A stretch of DNA of 64,000 nt from Lama guanicoe (lineage: Eukaryota). The stretch covers positions 9,519,095-9,583,094 of the forward strand of contig MU054391.1 of NCBI GenBank assembly GCA_013239625.1. The letters are read 5' to 3'. Below are positions 51,548 through 64,000 of this stretch, piece after piece. How positions within the stretch are numbered: the stretch's first letter is position 1; each line of letters begins with the position of its first letter. The notes under the pieces were generated by a model. It was not told the DNA's origin and ran no database searches. It saw only the letters and a program-made list of their open reading frames with translations. Made by a program: the position numbers and the translations under genes.

Positions 51548-54500
51548 GTGCAAATGTAACTCAGAGATTAACTGCAGGAAGAACTAGTGTTAGTTGTACT
51601 AAGGGCACAAGGAATAAATTATTAGTACTAATCCCATGATTAAGGTGTTCTGTGGTGGCTTCGAATTGTTAATCACCCCAAAATGTGATTCAAGAACAGC
51701 ATATATTGAAAGGACTTATATTCATATAGAGACACAATTTTATTTAAATGCATTTTTCTTTACTCAGTCTGATGAGTGATAATGCAACTCCATTAGCTGA
51801 CTAAAAGGAATACACAGAGGGGAGAGGAAGACGCGGGGAAGGAGGAAGGAGGTGAGGGGAGAAGGCTGCTGGGAAAGGCTGCAGAGAGGGGTCTGTGCAG
51901 GGCACACGCAGTAACTCCTAAGTGTGTCCCCCAAAGATGACCCCTAAAATTCTGAAGGTCTGTAAATCCACATTAGTGACCATGACCTCAGGGGAACAGG
52001 CCTCCACCACAGATTCCTGTAGAAAGAAATAATCCCACCCTCCCAGTCAGACCCACTCCAGCCTGAGGGAAACAGTCCAGCACATCTGCCACACAGACAC
52101 CTCAGAACGCACCCACAGTGACAGCTTGCTCTGCAGTGCCGCCTGGCAGCTGAGTATGTGGTTATGCGGGGAAAACACGGTCAAAAACAATCATGGCATT
52201 TTTCAGTTTGGCCAACATTTTGGCCAAGTGTCTTTGCAAACCAAACAATGAAATTTCACTTTGCAAGGCCACCTACGTGGCTGATAAGGCAAATGATACT
52301 GAGTATCTCAGAGTCTATTTCTTGTCACAAAGATACTCGGTGGAACGTTTTATACGGACAGAGTGGTGACGTGGATGGAAGGTCATGTCAACAAGCTTCA
52401 TCTCCTTCATAAGGACAATCCTGACCCCTTCAGCCTTTTCATGTCCCATGAAATGTCAATTCTGACTAGTTTATATAGAGTCTCCTACTCTTACCTAATA
52501 AAAAATATTTTAAAAGACGACGCAGCACAGAAACAGCAATAGGCATCACTTCCTGAGCACTTCTCAGACATCAAGTATCATGTCATCCCACTTAACTCTC
52601 ACAAAGCAGGTATCTTATAACTGATCTCCATGTTGACTTGAAAAATAATCATCCAAAACTCACATGTGTGATGTGAGGCTGACAACGGTCAGAGGTAAGT
52701 TCAGGGAGTCTGGTCTCTTACAGAATTAACCATAGTAGCTACTTTTTTCCCTCTGAGCACCTACAACATGTCAGGCCTTTTGCATCAATGTCTCAAATTT
52801 CTCAGCAGTTCTGCAAAATGCAGTAAGAATACTCATTCTTCACAGGAGGAAGCTTAGGAGAGAGGGACAGAACAGCTTGTCTACCAAGAATACATTAGAT
52901 GGAAGTCACAGAGCCAAGGTTTGAACCCAGACTCACATGAATCACAGACTGAGCACTTTCTACAAGATGAAAACTAGCCCCAAATGCATCTTTTTGCTTA
53001 ATTTTGTGCCATTGTCAAGAACTTTTTATTATTTGGGGGAAAAGTGGCCTTAAGAATCACAACTTGGAAAGAAAGATTGCAGATACGCAGAAAGAATTGC
53101 TTTCATTTTGGTAATGGTAGTAATTAGTTCTTCCATTTTTAGGATTGGGAGATTTCTTCTTATGTGCCATGTAAATCATAGTCTAGGTCATGATCATGAA
53201 CACGGCCCCTTAGGCCAAAAAAAGATCAACAGTTAATATATGGCTTAAATTTAAAACATGGGTGACAGGGTGACCTGAATTTCTACATTCAACCTTCCAA
53301 CTCTAATACGGATTTTTCCTTGGTCTTGAATTTTCAGTTATCTTATTTTCCAACATTATGGTATACTTTTAAGAAGCTAAGCTGCCTTAAATCCCCTCTC
53401 TCCGCACTAACTATTCTCACACTAACTCCTTAACCAAGCCAAGAAGAAAAGGCCAGGATTTAGAACTCTTTACAGTGCGGCAGTCTGGACATAAACCTGA
53501 CTGTGAGCAACAGCAACCTTCAGGCACAGACTCTGTGTATCTTCTGCCCTAATGCAGAAAAAGGGAGATACGTTCTAGTTTACCCCTCTCCTCACAGCTA
53601 TAACGTGCTCTTGCCCAGACTTACACCTGAGACCAGAGGAATCCTACTAGAGAATCTGAAGACAGTTGGGAAAAACAGCACAGCACAGTCAGAGTTCTGT
53701 GGCCAGAGACCCCTCCCATGGGTCTGAAAGAGACCGCACTGAACCAACCAGCAGAGATGAAGATGGTACCGTGATCTCTGCCACCCAAGCCAAATCACTC
53801 GGGTAATCAACCCTCTGGGTGACTATGACTCCGTACGAGAATGAAATGACGGTGTCAGATGTGTGGCTGTCGGGTCTGCTATTCAACTAAGGAGAAAGAC
53901 AGAGGAGGGTGCCATCAAGGCCGAAAGTCTAAGGTACTTCTGGCTCCTATTTCGTCCTCCATCGCTCACTATGCTCCACATGCTCCCACCACAATGGGGT
54001 CCCTTTAATTACACAAAAATGCCCAGGATTTTCCTGTCCCAGAGCCTGCTCCCTCTGCCTGAAATGCTTTTTCTTCAATTCATCAAGTGCTCTTTGATAC
54101 TCAAAGAAAGGCCTTTCCTATTTGTTCCTTGAGCGTCTCCTTTATTGTACTTACTACCACTAGCAATCTACTTTCCAGCTGCTTCTAACTGTGTGTGTGT
54201 TGGGGGGGAGGGAAGCATGGGACAGGGGGCAGGGGTCTCCCCGATCAAATATAAGCTCTACAAGAGTTAGGATGTCTCTGTCTTGTTCAGCGTTTAAACC
54301 TATGCTTGGAACACAAGGATACTATCGAAAAGATAATACTAATATTTAATGAATAAGCAAATGTACTACTCTGTCGGCTACAGGCTTCCCGTGGCATTTC
54401 AAAATGATCCAGTATCCAAGACAGAAAGACACACGTGGAGCCAGCAGTCGGCAAGAACAGTGACAGGAATGACTTCGACAGCATTGAAGAGCCATCAGGC

Positions 54501-56149
54501 TGCCCGGTCCCCAGAGCTTCCCTGTCTTTACAACAATACCAGGAAGGGGCCGTGGTCCTCGTATCTGGGAAAATGGCGACTCAGGAAGATTAAGAGATGG
54601 CTCACGGCCACACGGTTGGAGCTCGGGGCAGCGGAGTCGGGTCTTGAAATGTGGCCTGACTCCAAAACCCACACCCTCACACTAGGCCACCTGCACACCG
54701 GTGGTTCGCGTTGCCTCTAAGAGCCACCAGAGTGTCCAGACAGCCCAGGGGGGAAGCTGGCTCTGACAGCTGCAGTGAGGGACACACCAGCCCTGAGCCT
54801 GGAGAGCTCAGCCTGCCCCCGGAGAGCCAAGAGGCTGAGGGAGCCGTGTCTCGGCTGGAACTGGCTTCAGGCACACGTGGCCACTTAGAGCCAACAGTGA
54901 TGTTTAAAACTACCAAGGAAAAGAAAAAAAAATCAGGAAAAATAAGGGGAAGAGGAGACCAGGGACTCAAGTCTGGGTGTTTATGACAATAATCTCTGTC
55001 TGCAGAGTGAAATTCCAGACATAACTGCCATTAATTAAGTCCTGATCATGTGTCCAGTACTGAAGGCTTGGTATTTTACCATGAAGTCATTTAATTTTTA
55101 GTACGCCTCACTCAGAGTAAAGAAAAGTGGGTTTCAGAGAGCCGAATTATCTTGCGGAGGCACACGCAGCTGGAGACACAGTCGGGGTCTGCCCTAGGGA
55201 CCCCGACTTGACGGCTTCCGCTCTACTGCACAACGCGCGGCACCCCACCCGTCTGTGTTCTCTCATCGGGACCCGTGCTGGGGGGGGAATACCTCCAGGT
55301 TCAACCAAGAGGAAGAAGAGTGTAGAATTATAGAAAGATCAACTTTGGGGGGAAGATGATTTTTTTTAAAGGGACAGGAACACAAAACCCTAAAGTGAAG
55401 AACATTGTTTTTCTTGTAATCCTGACCTATTGACTTCCCATTGGCACTGATTCAACAAGTAAATGTTGGGCAATTTCTACTGTATTAACAAGGCTGATTT
55501 CTAATACTTGTGTTACCAAGTTTGAGTGATTAGTAAGGCAAACTACAGTCTTTTAAGTCAAGAACAGGGAGCACCACACACCACTTGCTAAATCAATACT
55601 AAGCATTTTGTCACTCACAAGTAATGACAGCGGGAGGTAACGATTTCCTGTTTTTGTAATCGCTGCGCGTCTGCATAATCACACTGCCATCAGGTATAAT
55701 GACACGCCATGAACGGTCTTGCACATTACTAGATTGCCCGATAATTTATAATATATTCAGAGACCAATGGGGCATCCTATTTGTACAGAAATGACAACCT
55801 TTTATGTAACATTCAATGAAAGGAAAAAGATACTTAATAAAATGCCAGAATTTTTTTATGCCAACATGCCTATCATAAGAAACATTTATTTGAACATATT
55901 TGTATGTCTCAAAACTGAAGCCTGTGCAAGTTATCATGGATAACACTACCACTAGCAATTTCATAAATACTTAAAACATAGATGGTAGAATTTCAAAGGT
56001 ATTAATAAAAATTAAAGATGATCAATTACAAGAGGTCTGATCATTCAGCAGGAGTTCACCTCATTCAGTACTACCCTCTTCTCCAAACCCTTCCCTCCCA
56101 CAGCTTCCAGAACAAGGTGCCCACTTATCCTCCTCCCTGTTGCTCTCTT

Positions 56150-57335
56150 TACCCATTTTGTTGGCAGCTCTTCCTCTGCCACCGATTGTGGAAGGTCCTC
56201 AAGGTCTGTCCTGTCTTCTTTCTCATTCTGTATTCATTCCCAAAGCACGCTCACAACATAGCTTACTTATCAAGTACGTGCAGATGAGTCCCAGATTAGC
56301 ATTTCCCGCTCCATCTTCTGAGCTCCAGATCTGTAAGATGCACTGTCTAGGTGACCTTCCCTCTTGGGAATTACCATGTGTGTAACTTTTCCACTCCTTT
56401 GCCTTTTCCTCACCCTCCTCTGAAAATACCTGGAGTCCTTGTGTTTTCTGTCTCATCGAAAGATGTCATCATCCAACAGACAGACCAAGTAAACTCCTGG
56501 AGTTGATTCTTGATCCTGCGCCTTTCACTCACCTTTGTATCTAGTTTGTCCTTTTTAATCAATGTGTTTTGTACCATCTACTTCACCTTCCACATATCTC
56601 TGAAATCCACTCTCGTCTCTCCTGCACTTCCAAAACCCTGCTCCAGGCTATGACCACCTGTCATGCAGTCTATTACTCTAATAGCTCCCTAACTGGTCCA
56701 TACGTCTGGTCTCTCTAAAATCTCTCAACGTGGTAGTGAACGTGATCTTACCAAACTGCCATCTGATCATATTATCTCCCTCTTTTCTACCACTATCCCT
56801 AAATACCTTCCTGTTACTCTTAGGGAAAAGCCCACGGCCCTGGACAGGGCCTGGACGGTCTTGCTGCAAGGTCTGGTCTCCAGTGCTCGGCAGCCCCATC
56901 TCACCCCCAGCGCCCCTGACACTCAGGGCCTCACCCACACCGTTTACATGTCAAACCCACAGACATCATGTTCCTTCTGGTCAAAGGGCTTTTGTACTTA
57001 ACTGTTTTGTCTCCCTGGAAAACAGACCCCTTCTGGCAACGTACTTCACTTTGACTCAATATTTAGGTCTCAGCTCAAGAGCTACTTCTTTAGGGACGTC
57101 TTCCCTATCTATGCCAAACCCTCTATTTCAGCTCTCTTACATGGTACTCATCACAGTTTCAATTTCACATTTGCTTATGTCATTATTCAGTTATAATCTG
57201 TCTCCCACACTAGACTCCAGGTTCCCAGACAGGTGAAATGTCTACCTCTGCTCACGATTGTAACCCTACTATCTGTGTGTTAGATACTAGTACACAGTAG
57301 ATTCTCAATAAATATCTATGAATAAATGAATGAAT
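56150..57335 (+). mobile_element. L2 LINE remnant
   Basis: cttctgagctccagatctg, ctaatagctccctaactggtc, ending in the L2 tail ctcaataaatatctatgaataaatgaatgaatg. Confidence 0.75.
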
Positions 57336-57561
57336 GCTCAAGTCTCTAACTCAGGACTGTTACTGAAAAACAAAAACTAAGTGATTATCATTAGAATATC
57401 AGTGTATTGGTGATGTATGGAGGGAGACCATACAGAGACACGGGTCTACCACAGCTGGGAAGGGAACGTCAGATTAGAACATCACAACTTCAAGATTCTT
57501 CTGAAATAGGCTCTAAAAAGAAAGACATGGAAATAAACTGACATACGCATTGTGTGCTTAC

Positions 57562-57672
57562 CCACTGTCGGTGAACAGGAACTCTAAATGGGTCATAAAA
57601 ACTTCCCAACGGGAGACGCTGTAGCGCTGAGCCAGAGAGAGAGCAATGCTGTAGACATTCTCCTCCAGTGTC
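57562..57672 (-). CDS. NBAS: NBAS coding exon, 111 nt (TLEENVYSIALSLAQRYSVSRWEVFMTHLEFLFTDSG)
   Basis: Acceptor ...cattcttgaag|GACACTG, donor AGTGG|gtaagc; phase 2-2 joins both neighbouring exons in frame. Translated by hand, since the ORF track shows only a different frame here. Confidence 0.94.
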
Positions 57673-57902
57673 CTTCAAGAATGTCCGTCAGTCACAGGGA
57701 AGGGAGAGAAGAGAAACACAATGCCTTAATCAGTCAAGAAAATGTTCACTAGGACTGCTCTCCAGCTGACAGGGGTGCAGGCAGCACAGTCCTTAATAAG
57801 CCATTTCATAGTAATCCAGTACTGTGGACACCCAAGGAATTTCAATGCTCCCTTTTCACTGTGGTGCATTACTGCTGACCAAGGAAATGTTTAGATTGAA
57901 GG

Positions 57903-58100
57903 ATCTCACCTGAGGGTGATTCTGTCCCCAGGGGACACTGGACAATGTCCGGAGACATTTTTGATGGTCACAGTGGGAGAGGAAAAGGAGAGAGCGATAG
58001 GCATCAGGTGGGTAGAGGTCAAGGATGCTGCTGACATCCTACAGGGCACAGAACAGCCTTCCCGCAACAGAGAATGATCCAGTCCAAGATGTACTGAGAT
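57903..58100. mobile_element. MER20-like hAT-Charlie element
   Basis: ggtgattctgtccccaggggacactggacaatgtccggagacatttttgatggtcac...gggtagaggtcaaggatgctgct. Confidence 0.8.
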
Positions 58101-58842
58101 CAGAAATTTTCATCTCAGTGTCGAGGCTATAGCCAAAAAGTAGTGTAAAGGAGACGCATCCCTGCCCTACAGGTAGACATGTGAGAAAGCACAGTTAGTC
58201 CCTCAACACATGTTTGTCCTCTACACTGTGCCAGCTATTGTGTTAGCTGCTTAGGATGTGAAAACAAACAAGATAAGGAACTCACAGCCTAATGGAGGAT
58301 GTGAAATGTGAGCCAGTAATTAAACAGAATGGGGTGCAGCTGTTAATAGAAAGGTCTACAAAACACTGTGAGAATAGAGATGAGGGAGTGACTGGAACTG
58401 AAGACGGAAGAATATACAGAGGTTAACCAAGCAGAGGCGGTAAAGACGGGAAGAGACAGACAGGCTTCTGACAGAGGAAGCAGACAGGGTCGGGGGTCAC
58501 AACCAGGAATGCATGGGGTCCTCACAGGACTGCACCTTATCCCAGAGGCAATGGAGAGTCAGCGGAAAGTTTAAGCTGGGGAATGGAATGATGTCACCAG
58601 ATTTGAGAACCTCTGGGTATAGAAGGAATCCTGGTCCGGAGCACCTACACTAAGGCCATTTTGGAGACACTATTTCAGGATTCTATTTCCCAGAAGTAGA
58701 GAAACATAAAGATGGACTTCTTGGAAGAATGGGGGACAAAACCACAGAAATTGGAATGAAATACCTATTTTCATGAAGTAATACTGCTAAGCCTATATTC
58801 ACCCCAGCTAAGGAAACCAGGGCATTTGTCCGTCTGATCAGC

Positions 58843-59060
58843 CAGGGGCCGGTGAAGGTTTCTGCCCGGGGTCAGAGGGCAGACCTGCAAGCTCTGCCCC
58901 TATACGGCCTCTGCAGCACAGGCAGCGGACTCTTCTTTCCATTGTTTTCTCTTTTTTTTTTAATTCTTGTTTTTCCACAAACCTTTAAAAATGTAAAGGC
59001 CAGTCTTTGCTCACAGACTATAAAAAAAAAAGAGGCCAAGGACAGGGTTAAGCCTGTCAA
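58843..59060. mobile_element. MER58-like hAT-Charlie element
   Basis: acaaacctttaaaaatgtaaaggccagtctttgctcacagact; similar to 21160-21360. Confidence 0.55.
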
Positions 59061-60379
59061 CACATGGATTATTGGGTAACTGTCAATTAAAAATTATTTC
59101 TTGAAGTACTGATCGAGTAGCTACACCCACAGGACGGAAGGAGAATCCCTGAGAACAGGGACCATCAGTGCTCCATCCTTTCCACCGTGGGAACCTGGCA
59201 CGACGCCTGACACCAGGAACGTGCTCGCCAAGTGTCCATGTTCCCCATCTGATAAAAGTGGGAAGAAACCAAACTACATTATGTTCTCCTCAAAGTCACC
59301 CCAGCACTGAGAATGCATTAAGTAAGATGTACAGACAACAAAGGGCACCTACATAATGCACTAACCGAAAACAACGGCCATTAAAATGGACATACAATTA
59401 GTAAGAAGATAAAGAACGGCCACTCTGTACAGCTGAAGGGGGGGCTGCGAGACAGAAGGAAGCAGGTTCAAGGACTCTCGCATGTAAGACACTAAAGCGC
59501 CATCTCCAAGTCCGAACTGCTAGCTCAGAAAACCATGGACACTTCGAGACACTTTGAACAAGCCATCTAAAGACTACTGTGTATTTTTCTAAGCAACAGA
59601 TTGTGGAGAAGGTCCTATTACATATTTATCAAAAGCATACGTTTGTCCTCTAGGACACACTTCAGATAGCATATGCTAGTTGGATACTTTAAAAAGAAGA
59701 GACAGAAGCCCTGGCAAAATGTCACTGATGATGTCAGGCCCGCCCTACCTTGCCAACTTTCATTCTGCATAATAACCTTTTTCTAAGAAACCATGAGCAT
59801 AGCACCAAGGATTACCAAATGCTCAAAGAAAAAGCCCACTGAACTTGGAAACAGGGAGCCCAGACTCAGCCCTTGGCTGCGTGACCTTGAATAATGCTTT
59901 AAAGCTCGGTGGTTCTGATTCCTCTTCCAAAAGTAAGGAGGTTGGATTAAATGATTGCTTTGGTCACTTTCAAACTGGACATTAAATGACCCTATGAAAT
60001 TATGAACCTCCAGGAGAACAGAGGGGAAGAGGAAAAGAAAGATCCCATACTCCTCCTCTTCCCTGAATCCCACTATTGTTCCCTGCCTCCCTCTAACGAG
60101 AGGTTCGGCTGTCTTCTAGTAGGAAAGAAGCCAGGCTAATACAAAATTATTACAGAGGACCAAGGCTACTTTGCCACTTTCTTAAAGATTTAAGAGTACT
60201 GACGAAAATAGCATACGCCACTACCTTGACCAAGACTATCTCTGTTATTTTAATGTAACTGAACAGGAGAGAGAAATAATCACTAAGGTAGGCACAATTT
60301 CACCTTGTTTCGAAGGCTGCAAGTCTGGACGGACTTGCACACCAGTGCTGCCTTGAGAATTCAGTCAAGCAGTGTGGGG

Positions 60380-60610
60380 AGGGCACGTGGTGTGGTGAAG
60401 ACGTGATGCCTTCGTACGTGACAGATCAAGGTTAAAGTCTCATTTGTGATCCTTACCACCTATGTAAACTCGGACCAGGTACTTACTATCAGTAAGCCTC
60501 CTGTTCTTCAGCTGAAACATGGGGATAACAGCGTTTTATGTCATGGGGTTGTCTTTAAGGATTAAAACGTGTTTATAAAACAAAGTTTACAGAGCACCTG
60601 GCACAGCTCG
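60380..60610. mobile_element. MIR SINE remnant
   Basis: caggtacttactatcagtaagcctcctgttcttcagctgaaacatggggataacag...aggattaaaa...gagcacctggcacag. Confidence 0.65.
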
Positions 60611-61474
60611 TTGGCCATGACAACCCCTCCACAAATTGGGGTGTTAAAAACAAAACACCTCTAACCTAATAACCACTGTGGGTGAACACGCTTTCTTTAA
60701 AAAAATTTTTTTTCACTTTCCCATCTTCTGACATTTAAGTAATTCTCATTTCATCTCAGCTTATTTGATCTAAAACAAAAAAGGAAGACCTACAAGTACT
60801 AAACCCAAGGGGAATCCCGTACCTGGAAAGGAACCTCCCCGCAGGCCCGGAACTGGGCTGCTGACTCACTCGAGGGCTTGCTTTTCTCTTGAAAGGGGCG
60901 AGGGCCTCGGGGGAAACGGCCCCTGTTACAGGCCTCAAACAAGACAGAGTGCTGGGGCTGGCTTGCTTTTCCTTCTCTAGAAACTCAGGTCAGAAAAGGG
61001 CGCCCTGAACTCATAGCACTGGTCCTTCCTCTGGTATTAAGGCAACTGTACCCAATTCTTAACACACTGAAGAAATTAAACCACCATGTAGAAGAAAAAT
61101 AAGATTCTGGCCAGGAATAAGGGGCAATCTTGTTTTTAAATTTCTATTGTGAGCTTCACACTTTCCACCCGTGATTGTAACCCATCACCTCTAACATGGC
61201 ATTGGTATTGAGCAATCAAAATCAGAGGAGACTTTAAAAAAAATAATTCCCATCCTTATTATTGAAGTCTGCAGGCTCGAAATGCTGTCCGCACCTACTG
61301 GTCCATTTGGGAAGACACGCCCAGGCCTCACAGGCTCGGAAGGAAGAAGGAAAGCCCTGTTTATGGCGACCGTGGATGGAAGCCTTCAACGGACTGGGAT
61401 GAGCAGCCCCGGTCACTCAGCTTGCTCGTGTACACTTCAAACCCATCCCCTTATGAGACCAAGGTATCCCTTAC

Positions 61475-61704
61475 TCTGCCAGGCCAAGGATAGTTTCCCT
61501 TTTATACTGGTCGTCCGCAGTGAACCGCTGCACGTCCACGCCCTTCCGCAGGCCCTGGAGGACCTGAGCCTGCGTGAAATCCAGGAGACGCTCGTTGTAG
61601 TAGTGCAACTGCCTGGTCAGCGGCACGAGGTCCTCGGGCCAGGCTTCGTGTCCATATCGAGTCACGTGCCTGGTGACCATCTTGATGAGCTCTTTAGGAT
61701 CAGC
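61475..61704 (-). CDS. NBAS: NBAS coding exon, 230 nt (ADPKELIKMVTRH...YKRETILGLAE)
   Basis: Acceptor ...ctctttgtgttacag|GCTGAT, donor GCAGA|gtaagg; open frame overlaps ORF 61471..61749. Confidence 0.96.
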
Positions 61705-64000
61705 CTGTAACACAAAGAGTAATTGAAAAAAGAAAAAGAAGAGTAACAACAGGAAGAAGGAAGAAGACCACGTCTGCTGGGCCCCTGTCTGCCCGTCGCA
61801 TTGGTGCCATTTAATCAGGGCTCACAGGCACCTGATGAGTCAGCTGCAGAGGTGGTATGTCTTGCAGAGCATGAGGACAGGACGTGGGACTGAGTCTAGA
61901 AGGGGGTTTCTAGACTCCTGCTCTGTTCTTCCACCTTAAAAATCTCCATCCACTTAAAAAAATAACATACGCCTGCTTTTATCACCTACCATCATCCTAT
62001 ATCAGACTTTTCCCCCAATTATCTCATCATTTATACAATTCACCCTGGAAGTAATTTTTGTCATCATCGTCCCTGGATAAATATTCTTTGGGCCATCTAA
62101 GACTTCTCAGTAACCCCACCAGAAACGCCGAGACAGCTAAGTAGAGGAGGGTTTTCCCCAGGGGTAAGTTAGGGAAAAGAACCCACCCCTGTTCCTGAAA
62201 TCATAAACTTTTCTAGTTTCGTAAGAAAGCATTCAACCAATTTTCACTCTCCTCATTTTGGGGCTCAAAGGGATACTCTTCTATAATTCTAGCAGCTTTT
62301 CTGACAATAAAATTATTCAAATAGAACAACCCAGAATCCGACAGCTGACAGGAAAGGAAAATAAGTGGTTAACTGGTCACATTTATTTATATTAAAGTTG
62401 GTCCAGGTGTCAATGAAGCAACAGCAGCTGAGCCATGATTTTGGGATCACCTAATATGTGAACACCATTAACTCAATCCCAATTGCTGGGGAGACATGGT
62501 GCATATTTTATTATAAGCAAATTAGAAGGAAAAAAAAGCCCAGACTCCATCTTTGCTTCTCAGCAACGCATCTAATTATAGCAAGCTGTCAGCATTTCTA
62601 ACGTGTAAACCATTATTCAGAGCTACAAAGGAGATCTGTCAATGTCGACTCTTTGTTACCAAACCTAGCCTGACATTCTCTCTTGATCCTATTACGGAAC
62701 AATCTGGGAGCACTGATAAAAACCAATTAAAGAAATCCTCTTGGATTCTAGTAGGTGGATTTAAGAAAAAGTCAACCTTGCTAAATTTTTCCCCTAACTC
62801 TATGCATACACTGAGTCCTACTCTCAAAAGCCATAGATACATGTCTCAAATCAAAAGACCTGGGTTTGAAAACTAATGCTCCAAAGTAAACTACGAGACC
62901 ACTTGTCATTCAGTCAACAAATAGTTTTTGTGCACCTATTATGTACCAGGTGATGTACTGAGAAGATGTGACCCTTTCCTCCAGGAATGCAGTCTGCTGG
63001 GAGAGTTAAGCAAACAAGTGTAAAATGGGGCGATACCAGTAAGCACAGGGTGCTGTGAGAACACGGGAGAACGGCATACTTGGGATGTACCCGTGAAGTC
63101 CTTCCTAAGGGAAGAGTTAACTTCTAGGCTACTTACACAACTTACCAGTAGTACAACAGCCAGCAAAAGATAAGGAGACAAATTCTAATAACGGACAGAG
63201 TATGGGCTAATCCTAGACGGCTAAGACCAGATGGAAGGATGGAGTGAATAAAGCAGACCTAACTGCAGCCAGAAGTGATCAGGAATCAGCTGCGTATGGA
63301 CAGTGCTTCTGTCAATGGATTTTGGCAAAGGAGATCCCATGCCTCAGCTCACAGTGCCTCTACAGTCGTCATTTAACCCAACCTCCTCCTGCTCACGGAC
63401 TGAAGCCCTCAAGGCGGCATCCTGAATCGCCCACCAGGGGCACGGTCCCCTCTGAAGCTACCTGGCACAGGGATGCAGCTCAGGGACCAGCCAGCCCATC
63501 TACACCTGCTCTGTACCCTGGGTGTGCACTGCTGTTGCCCGCTCTTCTCACGCCTTATCCCGTTGGGGTTTAAAAAAAAAAAAGTGCTATTACTTCTGTG
63601 ATGGTTGTTCCTTCATGGAGTTCCTGGTGCCCACTTTGCCCTGTGCCAGGAACCCACGTTACCCAAAATAGTGAAGAAGGCTTTTTTCCCATGTGTGCTC
63701 GGACCCTGCGGTTTCAGGCTAAAGTCCTCAGCCTCCAACTGCCCAAAGCACCTGGAAGGGAGGCTACAACCAGGCAGCCTGTCTATGTGTGTGACTCCTT
63801 GCCCCTCTCCACCAGGCTACTGACTCCCACCCCTACTCGCGGCATCAGCCACCTTCATTCTCCCAAGGGTCTCTCACCACTGTTGCTCCACATCTGCTTT
63901 TTCACTTTTTTTTGTTTTCTGGCATCTCAAGGATTTGGTATGTGTACTGGGAGAGGGGTCTATACACGTGACCTCATCTCTACACTCTTTGTATTTCAGT

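Larger units (their letters stand above)
1..64000 (-). other. NBAS: Internal portion of the NBAS gene (neuroblastoma-amplified sequence, NRZ tethering complex subunit); 8 exons, gene extends beyond both window ends
   Basis: Eight minus-strand exons with AG/GT borders and compatible phases (0-2, 2-2, 2-1, 1-0, 0-0, 0-2, 2-2, 2-0) sum to 1635 nt = 545 codons without a stop. The peptide is recognised as NBAS (e.g. GVDVQRFTADDQYKRETILGLAE, LQKLFWTGDPHLIKQVP). No start or terminal exon is seen. Confidence 0.96.

Noticed and set aside
56730..57236. Longest ORF in the track (168 aa)
   Set aside because: It lies in a decayed L2 element, has low-complexity L/S/P composition and a non-ATG start.
57490..57678. 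62-aa ORF as the exon product
   Set aside because: Wrong frame; splice phases require the TLEENVYSIALS frame.
61282..61710. 142-aa plus-strand ORF (and 47891..48262, 123 aa) as antisense genes
   Set aside because: They are shadows of NBAS exons on the opposite strand, with no independent support.
1..64000. A novel multi-gene system, CRISPR array or prokaryotic operon
   Set aside because: The sequence is mammalian intron/exon DNA. There is no regularly spaced repeat-spacer array and no long ORF; all credible coding signal belongs to NBAS.

Overview
Mammalian genomic DNA, most likely from a camelid, based on tRNA-Ala-derived vic-1-type SINEs. The whole window lies inside the NBAS gene on the minus strand. 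Eight internal coding exons (230, 111, 251, 335, 219, 203, 90 and 196 nt) have canonical AG/GT borders and splice into one uninterrupted 545-codon frame from the C-terminal third of NBAS. From memory they correspond to about human exons 41-48. The rest is intron filled with ordinary repeats: L1, L2, MIR, MLT1 and MER34-like LTRs, Charlie/Tigger/MER DNA transposons and microsatellites. Repeat family names come from recognition of consensus sequences, not from a search. I found no evidence of a new biological system, CRISPR array or independent gene, and nearly all listed ORFs look like chance ORFs. The notable signals are structural. The long intron (19176-46524) holds a ~99% identical 1.26-kb tandem duplication, an adjacent ~150-bp duplication, a 67-bp templated insertion with a fold-back palindrome at its junction, and a 5'-inverted (twin-primed) L1. 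One exon also has an atypical splice acceptor.
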